A program made the position numbers and the translations under genes. Below are positions 18,500-29,907 of a DNA stretch of 64,000 nt, one piece after another (position 1 is the first letter of the stretch; every line of letters begins with the position of its first letter). This DNA comes from Candidatus Poribacteria bacterium (GTDB taxonomy: Bacteria; Poribacteria; WGA-4E; GCA-2687025), in the NCBI GenBank assembly GCA_963665845.2, contig OY762492.1, forward strand, positions 3,456,001 to 3,520,000, read 5' to 3'. The notes below the pieces were generated by a model that searched no databases, was not told the DNA's origin, and saw nothing but the letters and a program-made list of their open reading frames with translations.

Positions 18500-21400
18500 G
18501 GCTGGCGCGCTTTTCCGTTAAAAATGTGCTGCTCATCAACCTTGCGATGGCAACGATACTGCTTTTGGGCGCGTATGCGTTTCTGGTACTGCCGCGCGAG
18601 GCGTCCCCCGACATCAACTTCAACTGGGCGTTTGTGACGACGGCGTATCCCGGCGCCGCGCCGATTGAGGTGGAGCAGCTGGTCACGATACCGATGGAGG
18701 AGGCGATACGCGAGGTGGCGGACGTCAACATGGTCACCTCCACCTCCAGCGAGGGTATCAGTTTTATCAGCGTCAAATTCGCCCAGAACATGTCGCGCGG
18801 CGATTTTGACAAGCGCTTTCAAGACCTTCAAACGAATATACGCGCCGCGGAGGTTCCAGACGGCGCCGAAGACCCGGACATCCGCAAGCTGGACACGCAG
18901 GACTGGTGGCCCGTTGTGAGCGTCGCGGTGAGCGGGCAGCTGCCGGAGCCTGTCATGAATCAGATCGCCGAGGATCTGATCGACCTGTATGAGCAGAACG
19001 ACGATGTTGGGCAGTTGACCGCCGTCGGAATGCGCGAGCGGGAGATCTGGGTTGAGGTTAACCCAGACGCGATGAACAGCCTCGACATCGGTTTTCAGAG
19101 CGTCGTTCAGGCGCTGGCGGCGCGTAACTTAAACGTGCCGGGCGGAGAGCTGCGCCCCGGCGGACGCGGCGAGTTTCTTGTACGAACGCTCGGCAAGATC
19201 AACGCGCCGGAAGAGGCGCGTCAAGTCATCATCCGAACCGGACCGTCGGGGCGGCAGGTGCGCGTCGGCGATGTGGCTGAGGTGACCGATACCTTCGAAA
19301 AAGCGCGCATGATCTCCCGCATGGACGGCGAACCTTGCATCACGATCAATGTCGCCAAAAAGCGCGGCGCCAGCACCATCAGCGTCGTGGACGATGTGCG
19401 CGAGCTGACCGCCCGATACGAAGCGGAGCGGCTTGTCCCCGGCGCGCGGCTGGAGATGGTGAACGACTCCTCCGAATATATCATCAACATCATCGACAAG
19501 CTGCAGTCGAACGCCGTCTTCGGCATCGTCTTTGTGACGCTGGCGCTCTGGCTGTTTATCGGCTGGCGGGCGGCGCTGGCGGTCGTCGTCGGCATGCCTG
19601 TTACTTTCGCCGTCACCTTTATTTTCATGCGCGCGACGGGGCGGTCGCTGGACGGCAACGCGCTCTTTGCGCTGGTGCTGGTCTTGGGAATGATCGTCGA
19701 CCATGCGATCGTCATCGCGGAAAACTGCGTCCGCCATCTACAGATGGACAAGTCGAAGGCGCAGGCGGTCATTGACGGCGTCGGCGAGGTGTTTCAGCCG
19801 GTGCTGGCGGCGACGCTGACGACCATCGCCGCATTTTTGCCGTTGATGCTCATGCCGGGCATCATGGGCGCGTTCATGCGCATCATCCCGCTTGTGGTGA
19901 CGCTGGCGCTGGTCGCGTCCAACTTTGAGGCGTTTTTGATCTTGCCCGCGCATGTGATGGACTGGACGAAGCGGCGCGCTCAAGGCGTCCGCGCCGAAAA
20001 CCGCTGGTTTCGCGCGGTTCGGCTTCGGTATATGCGCCTGCTGCGGCGGGTCATTCATCGGCGTTATCTGGCGGTGGCGCTGTTTTTGTTGATAGCGGTC
20101 GGAAGCGCGTTTTTACTGCCGCTGGTCGGCGTCCAATTGTTTGAGGGCGACCCGCTCTCCCGTTTCTATGTGCGGGTCTGGATGCCGCTCGGCACAAGCC
20201 TTGAAACGACCGACGAGACGCTGCGCGAAATTGAAACGATCGCCATGCAGCTTCCCGACACGGACGTCGCGGCGGTCATCTCAACGGCGGGCATGCTGCT
20301 GGACGACGAAGGGACGCGCGTCGGCGACCGGTATGGACAGGTTCTGGTCGATGTGCCGGACGGTTCAAAAGAGAGCCGACCCATTCCAGAGATTCTTGCC
20401 GACATGCGCATGCGCTGCAGCCGTTTGACAGGGTATGAAAAGATACGGTTCACGATGGACGAGGGCGGACCGCCGACCGGGAAGCCTGTAGAGGTGAAGG
20501 TGAAAGGTCCCGATCTAGATCGGCTGCAGGAGCTGGTGACGGAGCTGAAGGGGGAGCTGGCGTCCATGCCAGGCGTGTACGACATCGGGGACGATTTTTC
20601 GCCCGGCAAGGAGGAGCTGCGCATCAAGGTGAACGACGAACGGGCGCGGATGCATGGGTTGGACGCGGCGCAGATCGCCATGTTTGTGCGCACCGCCGTC
20701 AACGGGACGACCGCCACCTCCATCCGCGACGGCAACGACGATGTGGATGTGATTGTGAAGGTGAAGGGCGGCGCGGAGTCGCCTCTGGAACGGATCAAGA
20801 GCCTGCGCATTGCGGCGCCGGGGGGCGGTTCTCTTCCGCTGCGCGAGGCGGCAACCTTTGAGACGGGGCGCGGCTATTCGGACATTCTCCGCTTTGAATA
20901 TGAACGCTCCATCACCGTCTTTGCGGAGGTTGACTCGACCATCGCGTCCGCGGTGGCGGTAAACAGGGAGATGGAAAGCAGGTTTGCGAATCTCGGCAAG
21001 CGTTACCCAGGCTACCGTCTCGATTTTCGGGGCGAGTTTGCGGAGTTCAGAGACGCTTTCAACAGCCTTGCGAGTCTGTTTGCGCTGGGCGTTTTCATCA
21101 TCTTCCTGCTGCTGACGGCGCAGTTCAAGTCGCTCATACAGCCGTTCATCATTCTCTTCACGATACCGTTTGCGTTTGTCGGCGCGGTCGTCGGGCTGAT
21201 TGCGATTCGGGCGCCGTTCAGCATCATGACGCTCTACGGGATCGTCGCGCTGGCGGGCATTGTGGTGAACGACTCGATTGTGCTGATCGACTTCATCAAC
21301 AAGCGGCGTCAAAACGGGGCGGGGCGTTGGCGCGCCGTCATGAAGGGCGGGGCGCTGCGTCTTCGTCCGGTGCTGTTGACCTCCATCACGACGATTGCGG

Positions 21401-21615
21401 GGCTTCTGCCGATGGCGCTCGGAATCGGCGGCGGCTCGGAGGTGTGGGCGCCGCTGGCGAACACGATCGTATGGGGGCTGTCCGCGGCGACGTTCATGAC
21501 GTTGTTTCTCGTCCCGGCGCTGTATGCGATCGCGGACGACGCGGCGGCGTTTCGGCAGCGTCTTCGGGCGCGCCGCCCCGCGCGGTTAGAGGCGGCGCCC
21601 GCCTCGGCAGATTGA
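18496..21615 (+). CDS. RND efflux permease (AcrB/AcrD/AcrF family)
   Basis: YPGAAP.EVE, GMIVDHAIVIAEN, GIVVNDSIVL, RLRPVLLTS motifs; about 1040 aa. Confidence 0.95.
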   Translation: MRLARFSVKNVLLINLAMATILLLGAYAFLVLPREASPDINFNWAFVTTAYPGAAPIEVEQLVTIPMEEAIREVADVNMVTSTSSEGISFISVKFAQNMSRGDFDKRFQDLQTNIRAAEVPDGAEDPDIRKLDTQDWWPVVSVAVSGQLPEPVMNQIAEDLIDLYEQNDDVGQLTAVGMREREIWVEVNPDAMNSLDIGFQSVVQALAARNLNVPGGELRPGGRGEFLVRTLGKINAPEEARQVIIRTGPSGRQVRVGDVAEVTDTFEKARMISRMDGEPCITINVAKKRGASTISVVDDVRELTARYEAERLVPGARLEMVNDSSEYIINIIDKLQSNAVFGIVFVTLALWLFIGWRAALAVVVGMPVTFAVTFIFMRATGRSLDGNALFALVLVLGMIVDHAIVIAENCVRHLQMDKSKAQAVIDGVGEVFQPVLAATLTTIAAFLPLMLMPGIMGAFMRIIPLVVTLALVASNFEAFLILPAHVMDWTKRRAQGVRAENRWFRAVRLRYMRLLRRVIHRRYLAVALFLLIAVGSAFLLPLVGVQLFEGDPLSRFYVRVWMPLGTSLETTDETLREIETIAMQLPDTDVAAVISTAGMLLDDEGTRVGDRYGQVLVDVPDGSKESRPIPEILADMRMRCSRLTGYEKIRFTMDEGGPPTGKPVEVKVKGPDLDRLQELVTELKGELASMPGVYDIGDDFSPGKEELRIKVNDERARMHGLDAAQIAMFVRTAVNGTTATSIRDGNDDVDVIVKVKGGAESPLERIKSLRIAAPGGGSLPLREAATFETGRGYSDILRFEYERSITVFAEVDSTIASAVAVNREMESRFANLGKRYPGYRLDFRGEFAEFRDAFNSLASLFALGVFIIFLLLTAQFKSLIQPFIILFTIPFAFVGAVVGLIAIRAPFSIMTLYGIVALAGIVVNDSIVLIDFINKRRQNGAGRWRAVMKGGALRLRPVLLTSITTIAGLLPMALGIGGGSEVWAPLANTIVWGLSAATFMTLFLVPALYAIADDAAAFRQRLRARRPARLEAAPASAD

Positions 21616-21634
21616 CATCGTCAAGCCTCGCGTT

Positions 21635-21876
21635 CTGACCTCTGAATGATCGCTCTATTCATGGGAAAAAGACCCCGCTAACCAAACCGTCCCCCGCTTC
21701 CGCGAGGACATGCATTCCCGCGCAAGCGGGAATCCAGAGTGCCGACAGAAACCGTCCGCGTTTACCCCAAGCGTCCATCTTACACGCCGTCATTCCCGCG
21801 CAAGCGGGAATCTTAGGCGTCGCAGACGCCGTCCATATCGCGTCTCCGATCAACATCATCGTATGAGCGTACTGCC
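21635..21876. repeat. composite MITE remnant with two REP palindromes
   Basis: ctgacc..gatcgctctattcatgggaaaaa end, two cattcccgcgcaagcgggaatc copies, IS1-type end tcatcgtatgagcgtactgcc at 21856-21876. Confidence 0.75.
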
Positions 21877-22048
21877 GCCCAGCCGTTTTGGATGCATACC
21901 CTCCCCCGCATGTGTTATACTCTAATGCAATCGTTCCGGCTGATGCCGGCGTTACACAGGTTTGCGCACAGGCAACTCGAAAGGAGCGCCGCATAGATGA
22001 GGTTCCACAGATTCAACATCAGGAGTGTCGCGCACATGAAACTCACAC

Positions 22049-25000
22049 GTGACGTACCCCCCCCCCCCCCCCCCCCCCCCCCGCGCTTGGTCCGCTGCTC
22101 TAGCGGCGGCGCTTCTCTGCGCATGGCTCGTTGCTGAAAACAGCAGCGCGCAACAGGTCCTGACAGGGCATACGGATGATGTCAGGTCCGTGGCGTATTC
22201 GCCGGACGGTCAGACGATCGCCAGCGGCAGCGCCGACGGCACAATCCGCATCTGGAATCCAGCGACGGGCGCGCATGTCCGAACGCTGGAAGAAAACGAA
22301 ACCAGAGTTTTCGCTGTGGGCTATTCGCCGGACGGTCAGACGATCGCCAGCGGAAACTTCTACAACACGATAAGCGTCTGGAACGCTCAAACAGGCGCGC
22401 ATCTCAAAACCCTGGAAGAGCGCGTGAACGGCGCGAGCGTCTGTAGAGTAGGCGACGTCCTACAGCCCGGAGACAGCTGCTATTATCCGGGAACTGACAT
22501 TGTGATTCGCGCTGAGGGCGGAAGCCTTATCATTGGAGGCGCATCCTTCTCTGGGGCAACCATAAATCTCCAGGGCGTTACCATCGGCGGCGTACGCATC
22601 TCCATTACTGCCGTACGCGACGGAAATTCTTATAGAATTTCCGGAATTGCGAGCGCGTCCGCTGTCTACTCGGTGTCGTATTCGCCAGACGGAACGCGAA
22701 TTGTCAGCGGCGGCGGCGGCGGCAGCGGCGACGACACGATTCGGATCTGGAACGCCGAGACGGGCGAACTCATACGAACGCTTGAAGGGCATACGGGTAT
22801 TGTCTGGTCTGTGGCGTATTCACCGGACGGTCAGATGATCGCCAGCGGCAGCTGGGACGACATGATTCGGATCTGGAACGCCAACACGGGCGAACTCATA
22901 CGAACGCTTGAAGGGCATACAGATAATGTCTATTCTGTGATGTATTCACCGGACGGTCAGACGATCGCCAGCGGCAGCGCCGACGACACGATTCGGATCT
23001 GGAACGCCAACACGGGAGCGCACATACGAACCCTCCAAGGACATACGAATACAGTCCTTTCTGTCCTTTCTGTGGCATATTCGCCGGATGGTCAAACGAT
23101 CGCCAGCGGCAGCGCCGACGACACGATTCGGATCTGGAACGCCAACACGGGAGCGCATCTACGAACCCTCCAGGGACATACGGATGTAGTCCTGTCCGTG
23201 GCCTATTCACCGGACGGTCAGACGATCGCCAGCGGCAGCTGGGACGACACGATCCGCCTCTGGGACATCAGCGACCTCGCCGCTCCTGTAGACCGCCCAA
23301 CGGCGACCGTCTCCGGCCCGAGTGAGACGCAAACAGGCGCGTTCGATGTGACCATCGAGTTCAGCTCCGCCGTCACAGGTTTCGAGTCGTCCGACATTGT
23401 TGTGACGAACGGCTCTGTGACCAATCTTGCCGGCAGCGGCGCATCCTACACGGCAACGATTCAACCGTCCAGCACAGGAGCCGTTACGGTGAGCGTCCCC
23501 GCCAACGCCGCGGGGAACAACACCGCTTCCAACACCTACTCTGTCAACGCTGAAACCGGAGGGCCGCAGGTCCTGACAGGGCATACGGATGATGTCTTTT
23601 CTGTGGCGTATTCTCCGGACGGTCAAACGATCGCCAGCGGCAGCAGGGACGACACGATCCGCATCTGGAACGCCAACACGGGAGCGCACATACGAACCCT
23701 CCAAGGACATACGAATATAGTCCTTTCTGTGGCATATTCGCCGGATGGTCAAACGATCGCCAGCGGCAGCGTCGACGCCACGATTCGGATCTGGAACGCC
23801 AACACGGGAGCGCATCTACGAACCCTCCAGGGACATACGCGTGTAGTCACATCCGTGGCCTATTCACCGAACGGTCAGACGCTTGCCAGCGGCGGCTTCG
23901 ACAACACGGTTCGGATTTGGAACGCCAACACGGGAGCGCATCTACGAACCCTCCAGGGACATACGGATCAGGTATGGTCCGTGGCATATTCACCGGACAG
24001 TCAGATGATCGCCAGCGGCAGCGCCGACGCCACGATTCGGATCTGGAACGCCAACACGGGCGAACTCATACGAACGCTTGAAGGGCATACAGATTATGTC
24101 TATTCTGTGATGTATTCACCGGACGGTCAGACGATCGCCAGCGGCAGCGTCGACGCCACGATTCGGATCTGGAACGCCAACACGGGAGCGCACATACGAA
24201 CCCTCCAAGGACATACGAATACAGTCCTTTCTGTGGCATATTCGCCGGATGGTCAAACGATCGCCAGCGGCAGCTGGGACGACATGATTCGGATCTGGAA
24301 CGCCAACACGGGAGCGCATCTACGAACCCTCCAGGGACATACGGATGGAGTCCTTTCTGTGGCGTATTCGCCGGATGGTCAGACGATCGCCAGCGGCAGT
24401 TACGACGATACGATACGCATCTGGGACATCAGCGACCTCGCCGCTCCTGTAGACGGCCCAACGGCGACCGTCTCCGGCCCGAGCGAGACGCAGACAGGCG
24501 CGTTCGATGTGACCATCGAGTTCAGCTCCGCCGTCACAGGTTTCGAGTCGTCCGACATCGCTGTGACGAACGGCTCTGTGACCAATCTTGCCGGCAGCGG
24601 CGCAAGCTACACGGCGACGATTCAGCCGTCCAGCTTCGGAGCCTTTACCGTTACGGTGAGCGTTCCCGCCAACGCCGCGGGCAACAGAGCCTCCAACACC
24701 TACACGGTCAACGTTGAAATCGGAGCGCTGCGGGTCCTGACAGGACATACGGACCCGGTCTGGTCTGTGGCGTATTCGCCGGACGGTCAGACGATCGCCA
24801 GCGGAAGCTCGGACGACACGATACGCATCTGGAACGCCAACACAGGGGAGCCTCTCAGAACCCTCCAGGGACATACGAGTACTGTCAGGTCTGTGGCGTA
24901 TTCACCGGACGGTCAGTCGCTCGCCAGCGGCAGCTACGACAACACGATACGCATCTGGAACGCCAACACTGGCGCGCATCTACGAACCCTCCAGGGACAT

Positions 25001-27385
25001 ACGAATTGGGTCAGGTCTGTGGCATATTCTCCGGACGGTCTGACGATCGCCAGCGGCAGCAACGACAACACGGTTCGGATCTGGAACGCCAACACTGGCG
25101 CGCATCTACGAACCCTCCAGGGACATACGGGTCAGGTCTGGTCCGTGGCGTATTCACCGGATGGTCAGACGATCGCCAGCGGCAGCGGCAGCGTCGACAA
25201 CACGATACGCATCTGGGACGCGAACACGGGAGAGCATCTCCGAACCCTCCGAGGGCAGTCTTGGGTCACCTCTGTGGCATATTCGCCGGACGGTCAGACG
25301 CTCGCCAGCGGCAGCAGAGACCAAGCAAATCCAATTCGGGTCTGGGACGCGAACACGGGAGCGCATCTACGAACCCTCCATGGACATACGAATCCAATCC
25401 TTTCTGTAGCGTATTCACCTGACGGTCAGACGATCGCCAGCGGCAGCGGCGACGACACAATCCGCATCTGGAACGCCAACACAGGGGCGCATCTACGAAC
25501 CCTCCAGGGACATACGGGTACGGTATGGTCCGTGGCGTATTCGCCGGATGGTCAGACGATCGCCAGCGGCAGCTGGGATGAGACGATTCGGATCTGGGAC
25601 ATCAGCGACCTCGCCGCTCCTGTAGACCGCCCAACGGCGACCGTCTCCGGCCCGAGTGAGACGCAGACAGGCGCGTTCGATGTGACCATCGAGTTCAGCT
25701 CCGCCGTCACAGGTTTCGAGTCGTCCGACATTATTGTGACGAACGGCTCTGTGACCAATCTTGCCGGCAGCGGCGCAAGCTACACGGCAACGATTCAACC
25801 GACAGGCGATGGCGCTGTTACGGTGAGCGTCCCCGCCAACGCCGCGGGCAACAACACCGCCTCTGACGCCTACTCTGTCAACTACGAACCGCCTTTGTTT
25901 GCGCATACGGGCGGCATTTTAGCGGCGGCGTATTCATCTGACGGAACCCGCATCGCCACCGCCTCCGCGGACGATACGGCGCTCATCTGGGATGCCGACG
26001 CGGAAACGCCGCTCCTTGAACTGACGGAGCATACGGTTGATGTCCGCTCCGCCGCCTTTTCGCCGGACGGAACCATGCTCGCCACCGGCAGCGCCGACGA
26101 CACGATACGCCTCTGGAACGCTGAAACGGGCGCGCATATTCGAACGCTGGCGGGACACACGGGCGACGTCTATGCGCTAGACTATTCGCCGGACGGCGCG
26201 ACCATCGTCAGCGCAAGCGGCGACCGTACAGTTCGGCTCTGGAACGCCGAAACCGGGGAGCTTGTCAAGACGATGACGCAGCATGCGGGGGTTGTTCGGA
26301 CAGCCGTCTTCTCTCCTGACGGAACGCTCATCGCCAGCGGCGGCGCCGACCGTACCGTGCGCCTCTGGAACGCGCAAACCGGCAAGCTTCTCTCCACGCT
26401 GAAAGAGCATGGGCGGACGATCTACTCGGTCGCCTTTTCACCCGACGGAACGGTTTTGGCAAGCGGCAGCGCCGACAAAACGATTCGTTTTTGGGATGTT
26501 TCGTCGCAGTCGCTTCTCCATACCCGTACGGTGGGCGGGTCTGCGGGTCTCGTGTTTTCGGTCGCCTTTTCGCCGGACGGTTCCACGCTCGCTTCCGGGA
26601 ACGAGGATGGGACCGTCCATCTCTGGGCGTCCGGAAACGGCCGGCATAAAGAGACGCTAGAGGGACATACGGGAACCGTTTACGCGGTCGCCTATTCGCC
26701 CGACGGTCAAACGCTCATCAGCGGAAGCCGCGACAAGACGCTGCGCTTCTGGTCAATGCCGAAGCCCAATCTCGATCTGAACGGCGACGGCGTCGTGGAC
26801 GCGGCGGATCTGCAGATGGTCGCCAACAGCTACGGCGGCTCCGATCCGAACGCGGATGTGAACGGGGACGGCGTCGTGGATGTGAACGACGTTCTGCTGA
26901 TCGCGGACGCCCTGGCGAACGCGCAGGCGGTCGCGGCGGCTCCGGCGTTGGCGTCGTTGCGGGAGGCGCCGTCCTTTCCGCAGGTGTCCAGCTGGCTGAA
27001 CGACGCGAATGGGCTGATTGTCCGCAGCGATTCGGCAAAGCGGGGCATCGCCGTTTTGGAGGAGATGCTTCGGTCATCGCTGCCGGTTGTGTCCACCAGC
27101 GCGCTTCTGCCGAACTACCCGAACCCGTTCAACCCAGAGACCTGGATCCCGTTTGAGTTGGCGGAAACGTCCCGCGTAAAGTTGACGATCTACAACTCAT
27201 CGGGTCAAACCGTGCGCGTGTTGGAGCTTGGGCAGTTGCCGGCGGGCGCCTACCGCAGCCGCGCCAAAGCCGCCCATTGGGACGGACGGAACAATCTGGG
27301 CGAACCTGTCGCCAGCGGCATGTATTATGTCCGCATTGAGGCGGGGTCGTTCACGGCGCTGCGGCGCATGGTTGTGCTGAAGTAA
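22049..27385 (+). CDS. large secreted WD40-repeat protein: 4 x 7 WD40, 3 Ig-like modules, dockerin-like and FlgD-Ig/T9SS-like C-terminal domains; start ambiguous
   Basis: [25 protein letters not shown] repeats, [16 protein letters not shown] modules, [49 protein letters not shown]. Confidence 0.92.
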   Translation: MTYPPPPPPPPRAWSAALAAALLCAWLVAENSSAQQVLTGHTDDVRSVAYSPDGQTIASGSADGTIRIWNPATGAHVRTLEENETRVFAVGYSPDGQTIASGNFYNTISVWNAQTGAHLKTLEERVNGASVCRVGDVLQPGDSCYYPGTDIVIRAEGGSLIIGGASFSGATINLQGVTIGGVRISITAVRDGNSYRISGIASASAVYSVSYSPDGTRIVSGGGGGSGDDTIRIWNAETGELIRTLEGHTGIVWSVAYSPDGQMIASGSWDDMIRIWNANTGELIRTLEGHTDNVYSVMYSPDGQTIASGSADDTIRIWNANTGAHIRTLQGHTNTVLSVLSVAYSPDGQTIASGSADDTIRIWNANTGAHLRTLQGHTDVVLSVAYSPDGQTIASGSWDDTIRLWDISDLAAPVDRPTATVSGPSETQTGAFDVTIEFSSAVTGFESSDIVVTNGSVTNLAGSGASYTATIQPSSTGAVTVSVPANAAGNNTASNTYSVNAETGGPQVLTGHTDDVFSVAYSPDGQTIASGSRDDTIRIWNANTGAHIRTLQGHTNIVLSVAYSPDGQTIASGSVDATIRIWNANTGAHLRTLQGHTRVVTSVAYSPNGQTLASGGFDNTVRIWNANTGAHLRTLQGHTDQVWSVAYSPDSQMIASGSADATIRIWNANTGELIRTLEGHTDYVYSVMYSPDGQTIASGSVDATIRIWNANTGAHIRTLQGHTNTVLSVAYSPDGQTIASGSWDDMIRIWNANTGAHLRTLQGHTDGVLSVAYSPDGQTIASGSYDDTIRIWDISDLAAPVDGPTATVSGPSETQTGAFDVTIEFSSAVTGFESSDIAVTNGSVTNLAGSGASYTATIQPSSFGAFTVTVSVPANAAGNRASNTYTVNVEIGALRVLTGHTDPVWSVAYSPDGQTIASGSSDDTIRIWNANTGEPLRTLQGHTSTVRSVAYSPDGQSLASGSYDNTIRIWNANTGAHLRTLQGHTNWVRSVAYSPDGLTIASGSNDNTVRIWNANTGAHLRTLQGHTGQVWSVAYSPDGQTIASGSGSVDNTIRIWDANTGEHLRTLRGQSWVTSVAYSPDGQTLASGSRDQANPIRVWDANTGAHLRTLHGHTNPILSVAYSPDGQTIASGSGDDTIRIWNANTGAHLRTLQGHTGTVWSVAYSPDGQTIASGSWDETIRIWDISDLAAPVDRPTATVSGPSETQTGAFDVTIEFSSAVTGFESSDIIVTNGSVTNLAGSGASYTATIQPTGDGAVTVSVPANAAGNNTASDAYSVNYEPPLFAHTGGILAAAYSSDGTRIATASADDTALIWDADAETPLLELTEHTVDVRSAAFSPDGTMLATGSADDTIRLWNAETGAHIRTLAGHTGDVYALDYSPDGATIVSASGDRTVRLWNAETGELVKTMTQHAGVVRTAVFSPDGTLIASGGADRTVRLWNAQTGKLLSTLKEHGRTIYSVAFSPDGTVLASGSADKTIRFWDVSSQSLLHTRTVGGSAGLVFSVAFSPDGSTLASGNEDGTVHLWASGNGRHKETLEGHTGTVYAVAYSPDGQTLISGSRDKTLRFWSMPKPNLDLNGDGVVDAADLQMVANSYGGSDPNADVNGDGVVDVNDVLLIADALANAQAVAAAPALASLREAPSFPQVSSWLNDANGLIVRSDSAKRGIAVLEEMLRSSLPVVSTSALLPNYPNPFNPETWIPFELAETSRVKLTIYNSSGQTVRVLELGQLPAGAYRSRAKAAHWDGRNNLGEPVASGMYYVRIEAGSFTALRRMVVLK
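22057..22082 (+). repeat. C26 homopolymer tract
   Basis: 26 consecutive C at the 5' end of the WD40 gene. Confidence 0.9.
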
Positions 27386-27463
27386 GGCATTTCTGTTTGC
27401 GCGGGAGCGCGTTGCCGTTCCCGCGCAAATTTTCCGCGTTCTCATGCCGACATGTCAAGCGCG

Positions 27464-28501
27464 TCAATCTCTCCGCTCCTCGCCGTCCCAGTAGCCGACA
27501 GCGTCTTTCTTTCGGAAGGCGCCGATGGGGCGCGCGACAATCTTCTCGGAGTCGGGGTATTCGCACACCAGATGCGGATGTTCTTCGCCCAGCAGAAAGA
27601 GAACGCACCGCTCCGAGCCGTTGTTGATGAACTTGTGCGCGCCGCTGCGTCCGGGCGGGAAGGCGATGAAGTCGCCCTTGCGCACCATGAACTCGCCGCG
27701 GTCGGTTCGCATCAGGCATTCGCCCTCCATCACGATCGCCGCTTCTTCGTCGAAATGATGAAAATGGAACGGGCAATTGAACTGCCCAGGCTCCAGCCGC
27801 CACAGCATATAACCTAGATTTTGCGCCCCAATCAGATGTCCAATCTCCGCCGTGAACCCCTCCTCCAGCTCCTCCATGTTGATGCGGTTGATGTACACAT
27901 CGGAGCGGCTTTGGAGGCATTCGACAAGGCGGCGGCTGGCGTCATGAAAGATGGAATGTCCGTCTCCAACAAGGATAACTTCAGGCTGAAGGCGCAAGAT
28001 CTTGCGCAGCTCCAGCGCCGCTTTGGCGGGGTTTGCCAGCTTTTCGTCCGGCAGCATGGACAGACGCCCCATCGGTTCGCCGGCAATCAGATCGCCCGCC
28101 AGAACGGCGTTGTGTTCCGGAAAGTGCAAGGCGATCTCCCCTGGGCTTTTGCCGTCTTCAAGGCGCACGGCGCGCATCCCCTCGACAACCTCTTCCCCGT
28201 CCTTGAGCGTTCGGTCGACCCGTATGGAGAGGAGCGGCGCGTCCGCTTCATGCGCGGCAACTTCGGCGCCGAAACGCTTGCGGAAGGCGTCCGCTTCGCG
28301 CTCATGGTCTCGGTTGGTGATGACAATCAGGCTGGCGCCCCCCAGCTGTTCAAGCTGCCGCTGATCCGCGTCCGACATCGGAACGGGGTCGATCAGTATG
28401 TTGCCTTGCGGGCGCGTCCATAGATGCCCGTTGAAGTCGATCTGGCGCATTTCGCTGAAGAGTGACCATGTATAAAATCCGTCGAGCGTCAGCTGTTTCA
28501 T
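27464..28501 (-). CDS. MBL-fold / cupin fusion protein
   Basis: ILIDP, ITNRDHER, GKSPGE, LVGDG; C-terminal CPFHFH..EE..GDFIAFPPG..AH cupin. Confidence 0.8.
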   Translation of the reverse strand: MKQLTLDGFYTWSLFSEMRQIDFNGHLWTRPQGNILIDPVPMSDADQRQLEQLGGASLIVITNRDHEREADAFRKRFGAEVAAHEADAPLLSIRVDRTLKDGEEVVEGMRAVRLEDGKSPGEIALHFPEHNAVLAGDLIAGEPMGRLSMLPDEKLANPAKAALELRKILRLQPEVILVGDGHSIFHDASRRLVECLQSRSDVYINRINMEELEEGFTAEIGHLIGAQNLGYMLWRLEPGQFNCPFHFHHFDEEAAIVMEGECLMRTDRGEFMVRKGDFIAFPPGRSGAHKFINNGSERCVLFLLGEEHPHLVCEYPDSEKIVARPIGAFRKKDAVGYWDGEERRD

Positions 28502-28600
28502 TGTTTCCCTTCGCTGTTGAGAGCCGCTGCAGACGCCCCTATTCTATCCGAAATAGAGGCGCGAAGAGAAGAGCGGATGAAACTTGCCGCGCCGCGCGCT

Positions 28601-28691
28601 GTCATTCCCGCGTAAGCGGGAATCTTAGGCGCCGCAAACGCTGTCCGCAGCGCTTTAAACCCCCCTAACCCCCCTTTTCAAGGGGGGAATC
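28601..28691. repeat. REP-like palindrome pair
   Basis: gtcattcccgcgtaagcgggaatc and cccccctaacccccttttcaaggggggaatc. Confidence 0.8.
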
Positions 28692-28701
28692 AGAGGCGCG
28701 C

Positions 28702-28730
28702 TTGACTCCCCCGCCCATACCAAGCATGAT
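28702..28730 (+). promoter_or_regulatory. sigma70-type promoter
   Basis: TTGACT-17 bp-CATGAT upstream of GGAGG and ATG 28759. Confidence 0.55.
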
Positions 28731-28758
28731 GCGGCTAACGCAACGCGGAGGATGAAAC

Positions 28759-29871
28759 ATGGCAGACGGCAAAGCGTTCCGAATCGGAGTTATCGGCGCG
28801 GGATGGGCGGCGGACGGGCATATCGCCGGGTTCAATATCGACCCGCGCGCGCAGGTTGTCGGCGTCGCCAACCGAACCAGAGAACGCGCCGAAGCGACCG
28901 CTCAAAAACATGGCATCCCGCATGTCGTTGGAAACCACACAGAGCTGCTCAAGCTGGACCTGGACGCTGTCGCGATCACAACGCCCGGCAAATACCATTA
29001 TGAAGCGGCGATGGACGCCTTCGCCGCGGGCTGCCATGTGATCTGCGAAAAGCCGATGGCGATGAACGCCCAAGAAGCGTACGAGATGCAGCGGGCGGGC
29101 AAAGAGCGCGGACTCGCCGGCGCGATGGCGTTCACATGGCGCTACCCCGCGCGGTTCATGCGCATGCGCAAGATGATCGCGGACGGCGAAATCGGGCGCG
29201 TCCATGAGGTTCACGCGCACTGCATGTCCCCCTCAGGCAAAATCTCCGTCGATGGATGGATGAGTCGGCTGGAAGAGGGGGGCGGGCTGCTTTATCAGCT
29301 CGCGTCGCATGAGATTGACCGCGTCCGCGCGCTCATCGGGCGGGAGGCGGAAAGGGTCTGCGGACGACAAAAACGCGCGATCACAAAAGCCGCCGTCGAC
29401 CCGAAAACGCGCTACTTTTTGGAGATGATGCGTTGGCGCCCCGACAAGCCGATTGAGGAATACGAGATGGTCGAAGCGACCGCGGACACCGGCTACGACA
29501 TCATCGCCGACTTTGAGGAGCAGATTGCCGCCGTCTTCCGCGCCGGAAAAGGTCGAGGGGAAAACGGGCGCGTCATTGAAGTGTACGGCGACGAAGGAAC
29601 GCTCATCTTGCGCGAGCATGAGCTGGTCAGAAGCCCCTACGGGGAACGCAAATTTGAGCGCATTGAGGTTCCCGAAACGTTTAGAGAGGCGACGGCGCAT
29701 CTGCCGTACCTGCATCGGCTCTGGGCGGAACTGATTGCCGAGTTCATCAACCTGATGGAAGACAAGGAAAGCCCCGTCCCGACGCTGTGGGACGGCTACA
29801 AAGGCATGCAGATCATCGACGCGGCGCGTATTTCTGGGGCGGAGGAGCGGTGGGTTCGCATAGAGCCTTGA
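28759..29871 (+). CDS. Gfo/Idh/MocA family oxidoreductase
   Basis: IGVIGAG, HVICEKPMA, GGGLL..SHEID, IEVYGDEGTL. Confidence 0.93.
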   Translation: MADGKAFRIGVIGAGWAADGHIAGFNIDPRAQVVGVANRTRERAEATAQKHGIPHVVGNHTELLKLDLDAVAITTPGKYHYEAAMDAFAAGCHVICEKPMAMNAQEAYEMQRAGKERGLAGAMAFTWRYPARFMRMRKMIADGEIGRVHEVHAHCMSPSGKISVDGWMSRLEEGGGLLYQLASHEIDRVRALIGREAERVCGRQKRAITKAAVDPKTRYFLEMMRWRPDKPIEEYEMVEATADTGYDIIADFEEQIAAVFRAGKGRGENGRVIEVYGDEGTLILREHELVRSPYGERKFERIEVPETFREATAHLPYLHRLWAELIAEFINLMEDKESPVPTLWDGYKGMQIIDAARISGAEERWVRIEP

Positions 29872-29907
29872 GGCGCGCGGCAATTTCAGATACTCATGGC
29901 TCCTTTG

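Noticed and set aside
22150-25610. Diversity-generating retroelement behind the WD40 variability
   Set aside because: No reverse transcriptase or template repeat in the window, and the differences do not appear adenine-specific.
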